Virus record (IMG/VR): IMGVR_UViG_3300025118_000014
Span: 1 to 59,283 of that record
Origin: a virus
Lineage: Duplodnaviria > Caudoviricetes
DNA: 59,283 nt
Reading direction: 5' to 3' (one strand)
The position numbers and the translations under genes were made by a program. Below the pieces are notes generated by a model. The model ran no database searches and was not told where the DNA came from. It saw nothing but the letters and a program-made list of their open reading frames with translations. Of this stretch, positions 54,934 through 59,283 are shown one piece after another. Position 1 is the first letter of the stretch; every line of letters starts with the position of its first letter.

Positions 54934-55021
54934 TCAAGAGACAACAAAATGAGAATTGCAAGACTTGACACTTGCAACTGTATTATACCCCATAAGTGAG
55001 CCAACGCGATACGGCCAGATC

Positions 55022-55051
55022 AAAAAAAACCCCCTGTCCGGAGACAGAGGG
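55022..55051 (-). terminator. Intrinsic terminator after the major capsid gene
   Basis: CCCTCTGTC-TCCG-GACAGGGG stem plus U8. Confidence 0.75.
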
Positions 55052-55078
55052 AATCTTTAAGCGGTTGCTTCAGTGCAA

Positions 55079-56044
55079 TTATGCGCTGATGCCGAGAAGG
55101 ATGCAAAGACCCAAGTCGTTAGCCAGAACCAAGGCCAAGTCGCAGTACATTTCAACTTCGCTGAATTGGCTGGTGCTTTGAGCAACAGGCATAACAGTTA
55201 AAGGAGAAAGTTCTGCGATGTAGCAGTGACGCTTGTTCACAACGCAGAGAGCGGTAGTAGTACCACCGGTCATAGCGGAGATAGCACCGGCACCGTCCAT
55301 GTCGATGACGTCAGTCATGCCTGTGGAGGTTACGAGGGGGATACCATCGTATGAACGAACGCGGAAACCAGCTTTGATTTCGACCATGTCGTTGAAAGCC
55401 TGCTGAGCTTGAAGAGCAGCGTTGACCTTGCGGATACCAGCGAAGGAACCGAAGATAACGATGTCGTTGCGGTTGCCAGAGCCCTTGACTTTGTCAATGG
55501 CTTCGTCCAACTTGGAAAGAACCAAGTCGTCGCCAGCAGCAGCAGTTGAGTTAGCAACAGTCTGACCAGAAGCAACTTGTTTGAACAATCCGTCGATGCT
55601 GTTAGGGTCAACAGTAGAGTTACCTAAGAAGATAGCGTTCTCAAGAGCGTTTGCGTAGTCTTCAGCTTTGCCCTGCAATTCGATTGCAAGTGCGTCACCG
55701 TAAGAAGCAGCGCGAGCAGCAGCTTTACGAGTAACCTTGACTTTCGTCAAAAGGGTCTTGAAAGGGAAAGACTCTTGAGCGTAAGTTCCGCTTTCTTCTG
55801 TGGCTGAATCAGTGTCAGCAACCCATGCGCCACCGGAAGCACCAGCAGAACGCTTGTTGATGTAAACTGCATCGCCGCTTCCAGCTTTGCGATCCAGAAC
55901 GGCTTGTGCGCCCATTTCGCGAAGTGTAAGTTGCTCAACAACCTTGTTAATGTTCTTTTGAAGAAGCACGCTTCCGACGCTTCCGACGCTAAGTGCTCTT
56001 TCAACCATTTCTGACCGCTCAGGGTCTGTAGTTACGAATTCCAT
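55079..56044 (-). CDS. Major capsid protein (HK97 fold)
   Basis: Position after the protease/scaffold; A.WV.D...E, E.AIF.G...DG, Y.GIP motifs; strongly biased codons; own terminator. Confidence 0.9.
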   Translation of the reverse strand: MEFVTTDPERSEMVERALSVGSVGSVLLQKNINKVVEQLTLREMGAQAVLDRKAGSGDAVYINKRSAGASGGAWVADTDSATEESGTYAQESFPFKTLLTKVKVTRKAAARAASYGDALAIELQGKAEDYANALENAIFLGNSTVDPNSIDGLFKQVASGQTVANSTAAAGDDLVLSKLDEAIDKVKGSGNRNDIVIFGSFAGIRKVNAALQAQQAFNDMVEIKAGFRVRSYDGIPLVTSTGMTDVIDMDGAGAISAMTGGTTTALCVVNKRHCYIAELSPLTVMPVAQSTSQFSEVEMYCDLALVLANDLGLCILLGISA

Positions 56045-56065
56045 AAGAATCTCCTAAAAATCCCG

Positions 56066-57523
56066 TTATTTGCGGGCAGTAAAGTTATCTGTAATAAGAC
56101 CAGACTCGACACCTTCGCCCAATAAGCTGGACAATGCGTTCGTAAGGTCGTTGTAGTGTGCTTCAGTGAAGTTCACTTCAGCGGTTAAGTTTTGCTTCTC
56201 TTCTTTCTTGTCGTCTGCTTCACTGCGTCCAACGGTTGGAAGTTCTGCTTTCGGCAAAGGTTGTGCTTCAAGTTCTTCAACTTTGGCTTTCAACTCTTCA
56301 ACCTGTGAATTAATGTTAGGCTCGGAACGCTCGACTTCTTCGACTACAGGCTCTTCGGCAACAACAGGAGTCTCAAGAGCAGCAACGCGCTCGTTAAGGG
56401 TCTCGATGGTGTTACGGAGGTCCATGATAACGTCAAGGAGTTCGTTAGAACGATTGTCTTCGTCAGCAGGCTCTTCAGCAGGCTCTTCGGTGTCTTCGTC
56501 GGCTTCAGGAGTTTCGTCGATTTCTTCTGCTTCAGGCGCCTCTTCAATCTCGGCAGCAGGTTCTTCGTCTTCAACGATTTCCTCTTCTTCCTCGACTTCG
56601 TCAGCTTCGTCTGCTTCTTCAATCTCTTCAATCTCTTCTTCGGCTTCCTCGGAAACTTCTTCAGCAGCTTCTACAACTTCTTCTGTGCGCTCTTCAGCGA
56701 CAGCTTCGTTTGCAAGCTCGATAACATCAGACAACAGTTCTTCAACTGTTCCTTCTGTTTCTGTGTTTTCCATAGTAATCTCCAGTTCGGATCGGGTTTC
56801 AGTTGGTTGTACCCCCACCACTTCCACTTCTTTACAACGCGAAATTGCATTTCCTAAAGAACGAGCCAGATCTAAGCCGACTGAATCGGGGTTAGCTGGT
56901 CGCCTTGTGATAGCTAGGTGGTCGAGCACAACATTATCAATAATAATTCTTTCAACTTCCTCATCGTCGCCTGTAACCATGCGAGCATCCACGAACCATC
57001 CACCGATGGACATTCCGATTGGCTGCTTGGAATCAAGCCTGCGAGCAAGGGCTTTTGCCTTCGGCTCTGTATCGTACAATTTAGACCATACTCGAAGAAC
57101 ATAGCCCTGCTCATCAGAATCAGCGGCTTCCGCCACCGTGCCAACTCGCTCAACTGTACTCTTGTATGTCTCACCGATAACCTCGTCCCATTCCACAGCG
57201 CCCTGATCACCATTGTGACGGGGAGTAAGTGGAACGCCCGTGTCAAACTGTACAGCCATGGTCTCAAGCCCTCGCAGGCTCATTTCCGTACCGTACGAGT
57301 CGACACTGGTGCTTGAAGCGATTCCAACTACGGCACCAGCGTCTGCTGCGTCGTACTCTTTCTCTTCATCATCCTTCCATGAACCTTGGCTGATGCCAAA
57401 CTTTCTATTGAAAGGAATGCCTGGAAGCGATCTCTCGCCGTCCATTACTTCAAGGAGTTTGTATTCATTATCGGAGATGTGTTCTACATTAAACGTGAGG
57501 TTGTCATATTTGATCGTTTTCAC
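56066..57523 (-). CDS. Prohead protease fused to an acidic scaffold region
   Basis: GIAS...VD..G, H, GMSIGG, AI..RPANP HK97-protease motifs; long Glu-rich coiled-coil C-terminus. Confidence 0.88.
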   Translation of the reverse strand: MKTIKYDNLTFNVEHISDNEYKLLEVMDGERSLPGIPFNRKFGISQGSWKDDEEKEYDAADAGAVVGIASSTSVDSYGTEMSLRGLETMAVQFDTGVPLTPRHNGDQGAVEWDEVIGETYKSTVERVGTVAEAADSDEQGYVLRVWSKLYDTEPKAKALARRLDSKQPIGMSIGGWFVDARMVTGDDEEVERIIIDNVVLDHLAITRRPANPDSVGLDLARSLGNAISRCKEVEVVGVQPTETRSELEITMENTETEGTVEELLSDVIELANEAVAEERTEEVVEAAEEVSEEAEEEIEEIEEADEADEVEEEEEIVEDEEPAAEIEEAPEAEEIDETPEADEDTEEPAEEPADEDNRSNELLDVIMDLRNTIETLNERVAALETPVVAEEPVVEEVERSEPNINSQVEELKAKVEELEAQPLPKAELPTVGRSEADDKKEEKQNLTAEVNFTEAHYNDLTNALSSLLGEGVESGLITDNFTARK

Positions 57524-57572
57524 TGTTAATCTCCATACTTAAAGGGATTATACCCCTGTGGGCATAATTTCG

Positions 57573-59030
57573 TTAATTCGCTTCTGGTTGGCTATCGCTT
57601 TCTTCTTCCCCGTCGACTTCTGAGTCTGCGTACGCCTGTATGGGCGTTTCGCCCCTGGCTACATCCTCAAGACGAAGAATCATATTCCCTTCCCCAACAG
57701 TGAAAGTGTCACCGTCTTCGATTGGAAGCATCCCCAGAGCTTCGCGAGCCTCGTTGCGAGACATCATGCCCGCTCCAACTGCTCTGCCCAGCATGTCGAT
57801 TCTAGCTTCCTGGTCCTTCTGTGTGAGCTTGGCTTCTCTGTCGAACTTAAACTCAACATGGTCAGCGTGCTCATCTCCGATGTACTCTGCAACCAGGGCC
57901 GGAATAATGCGCTTGTTCAACATGCCCTCAATAAGCTCCAGTATTGGAGTAATCAGGTGTGATGAAGAAACGTCAAGTTGTGCCTGCGCTGTTGAGCGGT
58001 TGACGTCGGACACGGCACCCATCTCTACGGGCATAACGCCAAAGGCGCGCCAGATGGTTCGTGTGATTCGTTCGATTACTTCGCTCAACTCAAGTTCCTT
58101 GGCGGAAGTCTGCATTGAGATCCATTCAGCGTTACCTGCCTGAGGGCTTGGGAAGTGAAGCATTCGTAGCTTCTGGTCGTTTCCGGCCTCGCTCCTGAAG
58201 TCCTGCATGGCATCTTGTGCCGCTCTTCCAGAAACGCCGCTAAGGACCAGCAGTCCCGGAGGAACTTCGTTGGCGTCAGCGGTCTTCATGGCTCGCTCAC
58301 CGTACCGCAGAACGGCGACAATCTCGTTCAAGATAGTCTCGATGATGGGCATACCTTCGCTGTAGCTAGTGTTTGGAAAGAGGTTCATGTAAACTAATTC
58401 GTCCCGCTTGAACTCAATGGCTCCAGCAAGGCCAGCATGCTGTACGTACTTCTCAACCTGTCCGTATCTGTCGGTAACAACGCGGAAGTCGTCTCCCCTA
58501 CGTGCGCGCAGTTCTTGGAGACGCTTCTTTCGGTCCTTGACGGGCTCGATTGCGGCAGCATCGTAAACCAGGAGGTCAACGATGATCATGAAGATGAATT
58601 GCTGGAATGTTCTTCCGTCGCGGTCAGGATTCTTAAGGAAGCGCTGAATCTGGCGGCTCAGCTTGACCATCTTTTCGTAGTGTGCTTGGTCTCCGGTGTC
58701 GACCATGTCCGATACATTTACTGACCAGTCCCAGGTTGATACGCGACGAGCGATGGAGTCAACGCATGCTCTGACTTCAGGAACCTTAAAGTAGCAAGAC
58801 CAAAGCTGCTCTGTGGTAAGGCTTCGGTTAGGGGCGTTAGTCTCAAGATTTCCGACTCCCGACATTGAATTCAGGGATGAGTTAAGAAGCGTGCTGTGCG
58901 CAGGATGTACTGCCTGGGCCTTTCGCTCAGCCACTGGTGCGTGCGTGTCTGCAGCCAACCATCCGCCTAACTTGGCAGGAGGTGCAGTTCTCTTCGCTAC
59001 TGGCATCGGGCCTCTTTTGAAAAATTTCAT
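57573..59030 (-). CDS. Portal protein (HK97 family)
   Basis: V.ACVD.IA, L..P, G..PI, I..AFGV.P, G.MS.NEAR..LG..PI..GD. Confidence 0.92.
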   Translation of the reverse strand: MKFFKRGPMPVAKRTAPPAKLGGWLAADTHAPVAERKAQAVHPAHSTLLNSSLNSMSGVGNLETNAPNRSLTTEQLWSCYFKVPEVRACVDSIARRVSTWDWSVNVSDMVDTGDQAHYEKMVKLSRQIQRFLKNPDRDGRTFQQFIFMIIVDLLVYDAAAIEPVKDRKKRLQELRARRGDDFRVVTDRYGQVEKYVQHAGLAGAIEFKRDELVYMNLFPNTSYSEGMPIIETILNEIVAVLRYGERAMKTADANEVPPGLLVLSGVSGRAAQDAMQDFRSEAGNDQKLRMLHFPSPQAGNAEWISMQTSAKELELSEVIERITRTIWRAFGVMPVEMGAVSDVNRSTAQAQLDVSSSHLITPILELIEGMLNKRIIPALVAEYIGDEHADHVEFKFDREAKLTQKDQEARIDMLGRAVGAGMMSRNEAREALGMLPIEDGDTFTVGEGNMILRLEDVARGETPIQAYADSEVDGEEESDSQPEAN

Positions 59031-59283
59031 TTCGGATCTCCACTTGGTTTGATAACAAAGACGTTATACCCCAAATAACACTAAAGGACTAACAATTAGG
59101 TCTGGCCGTAGTGAAATGATGTTTTGTGCCGCACACACGTAAGGGCTCCAGGGCCGTAGAAAATGGGGGCTGACGGGTGGAAAACCTTGAGCGTCAGCGA
59201 ACACTCTTTTCCCGTGAGAGGTCGTTTAAAACGATAATTTTTTAGTTCGACTCGAAGACGTGAGAATTTGAAAAATTGAAAAG

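Larger units (their letters stand above)
5125..59071 (-). promoter_or_regulatory. Dispersed RGGGTATAAY putative late promoter (17 minus-strand copies)
   Basis: Plus-strand TTATACCC begins at 5125, 6789, 12625, 18232, 31436, 40996, 44821, 45643, 46552, 48248, 50794, 51488, 53330, 54872, 54983, 57548 and 59064; most lie ~18-50 nt upstream of a start codon. Confidence 0.85.

Noticed and set aside
56166-57104. Long plus-strand Ser-rich ORF and similar antisense ORFs (e.g. 42181..42795, 22078..22527)
   Set aside because: Shadow frames of Glu/Ala-rich minus-strand genes, with no RBS or promoter support.
1-59283. Alternative genetic code or stop-codon reassignment
   Set aside because: Standard code gives full-length, tightly packed genes ending in TAA, TAG and TGA.

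Overview
This window is most of a tailed dsDNA phage genome, siphovirus-type (HK97-like capsid, TP901-family tape measure, no sheath gene). Nearly all genes are on the minus strand. Reading right to left on that strand: portal, protease/scaffold, major capsid, head-tail connectors interrupted by a glycosyltransferase/SDR/MazG-like cassette, tail tube, frameshifted tail chaperones, tape measure and two large tail-tip proteins. Next comes a recombination/replication block: PD-(D/E)XK nuclease, AAA_24 ATPase, SSB-like protein, RuvC-like resolvase, Twinkle-like primase-helicase, FmdB-type Zn ribbon, a phage sigma70-family factor and a DinG helicase. Then an endolysin, a ParB-N protein, a fibre/adhesin cluster, holin-like genes, an array of small early genes each with its own promoter, a large orphan, an SF2 helicase, a Zn-finger GIY-YIG endonuclease, a ~730-nt structured non-coding region and a TerS-like gene. 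A short plus-strand early operon lies at the left end. No large terminase, DNA polymerase, integrase, methyltransferase, tRNA or CRISPR array was recognised. The most unusual signals are regulatory or RNA-level. (1) A ~75-nt promoter-to-terminator unit carries a 13-nt perfect complement of the 16S rRNA 3' end with no start codon after it. (2) A family of early promoter cassettes has GATC built into the spacer and -10 box, and the left early region is about 4-fold enriched in GATC. (3) An RGGGTATAAY putative late promoter occurs 18 times, alongside a phage sigma factor. (4) Convergent promoters define a ~170-nt sense/antisense RNA pair. (5) There is a perfect sigma54 promoter. (6) A large structured region follows the GIY-YIG gene. 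(7) The tail terminator is fused to a ~420-aa domain that is paralogous to the N-terminus of the tail-tip protein. All protein calls are from motif recognition by eye; no database searches were run.
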